Assembly: GCA_045105515.1 (NCBI GenBank)
Contig: JBGCDR010000454.1
Location: 1-27,570 of the forward strand
Direction: 5' to 3'
DNA from: Oligoflexales bacterium
GTDB taxonomy: Bacteria > Bdellovibrionota_B > Oligoflexia > Oligoflexales > Bog-1112
Length of the DNA: 27,570 bases
The translations under genes and the position numbers were made by a program. The notes beneath the pieces are model-generated. The model saw only the letters and a list, made by a program, of their open reading frames with translations, did no database searches and was not told the DNA's origin. This document shows, in pieces, positions 27,158 through 27,570 of this stretch (the first letter of the stretch is position 1; each line of letters opens with the position of its first letter).

Positions 27158-27570
27158 GCGTGATGCTGCTTGGTGGCGAGAATATAGACGCAAGAAAAAG
27201 GAAAAAGAGGAAGGCATCGAAGCCAAAGTTTTTGAGTTGCAACCTGAAGTAGCGCTACAACCTAGACTTGCAACTGTAGTGCAACCCAAATCTGCAACCT
27301 TGCTACCTGTTGTGCAACCCACTGCAACCCCAACACAACCTACTGTAATTACGAAGAATAATGTTGCGCAACCCTCTGCAACCTCATCTAAAAAAGTTGC
27401 ACAACACAAGGAGCCGGAAATGAATGCAACGCAACCATCTACAAAAGTAGTGCAAGCTCTGCAACAAGGTAATGCAACCATTACGCAACCTAGTGCAACG
27501 AATAGAATCGCTAGCTACCTTTGCGCAAACCCTCGACATTCATTAGCAGCCATTAGCATCATTAGCTTTG
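27144..27570 (+). CDS. Partial gene running off the window: basic N-terminal helix, QP/AT-repeat linker, start of a hydrophobic segment
   Basis: AAGGAG RBS at 27131-27136 and ATG 27144 with no stop before the end. Reads MAGAKRDAAWWREYRRKKKE...LQP..AT..VQP...SLAAISIISF. Absent from the ORF track. Confidence 0.8.
   Translation, partial: MAGAKRDAAWWREYRRKKKEKEEGIEAKVFELQPEVALQPRLATVVQPKSATLLPVVQPTATPTQPTVITKNNVAQPSATSSKKVAQHKEPEMNATQPSTKVVQALQQGNATITQPSATNRIASYLCANPRHSLAAISIISF
27237..27500 (+). repeat. Array of (T)GCAAC(C) short direct repeats
   Basis: 14 exact GCAAC copies at 27239, 27270, 27281, 27294, 27314, 27324, 27368, 27378, 27426, 27431, 27461, 27474, 27485 and 27495, plus near matches. 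Confidence 0.9.

Larger units (their letters stand above)
25250..27570 (+). mobile_element. Probable start of a plasmid/prophage-like replication module (boundary approximate)
   Basis: Rep-like wHTH gene, tightly overlapping small genes, antisense-type leader and DNA repeat array. No integrase or att site is visible. Confidence 0.45.

Noticed and set aside
27140..27481. 113-aa minus-strand Cys/Val-rich ORF
   Set aside because: It is the antisense shadow of the GCAAC array. The plus-strand frame from 27144 has the RBS and operon context.
27237..27500. GCAAC array as a CRISPR
   Set aside because: Units are 5-7 bp with short irregular spacing, there is no 23-47 bp repeat with unique spacers, and no cas genes are present.

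Overview
AT-rich bacterial window. The gene content (receiver-TPR proteins, an HD-GYP enzyme, an FGE-like protein, Cys-rich secreted proteins, sigma28-like promoters) suggests a Bdellovibrionota/Oligoflexia-type organism, but that is inference. About 0.4-24.8 kb looks chromosomal: a beta-propeller lipoprotein, a poly-Ser M12B metalloprotease, a scramblase-like protein, two atypical receiver-TPR proteins flanking a Ski2-like helicase, an SH3b lipoprotein, a UbiA-unknown-UbiA operon, a 1265-aa secreted protein with a downstream lipoprotein, an HD-GYP protein, an FGE-fold protein and an EHD-like dynamin-family NTPase. From about 25.25 kb the sequence looks like the start of a plasmid/prophage-like replication module: a promoter, a CGCCAA-loop hairpin with an unannotated 24-codon leader ORF, a wHTH Rep-like gene, a 60-aa gene, and an unannotated gene running off the window that carries 14 GCAAC repeats in two reading frames. 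No rRNA, tRNA, CRISPR array or integrase was seen. All calls come from reading motifs by eye, with no database searches.
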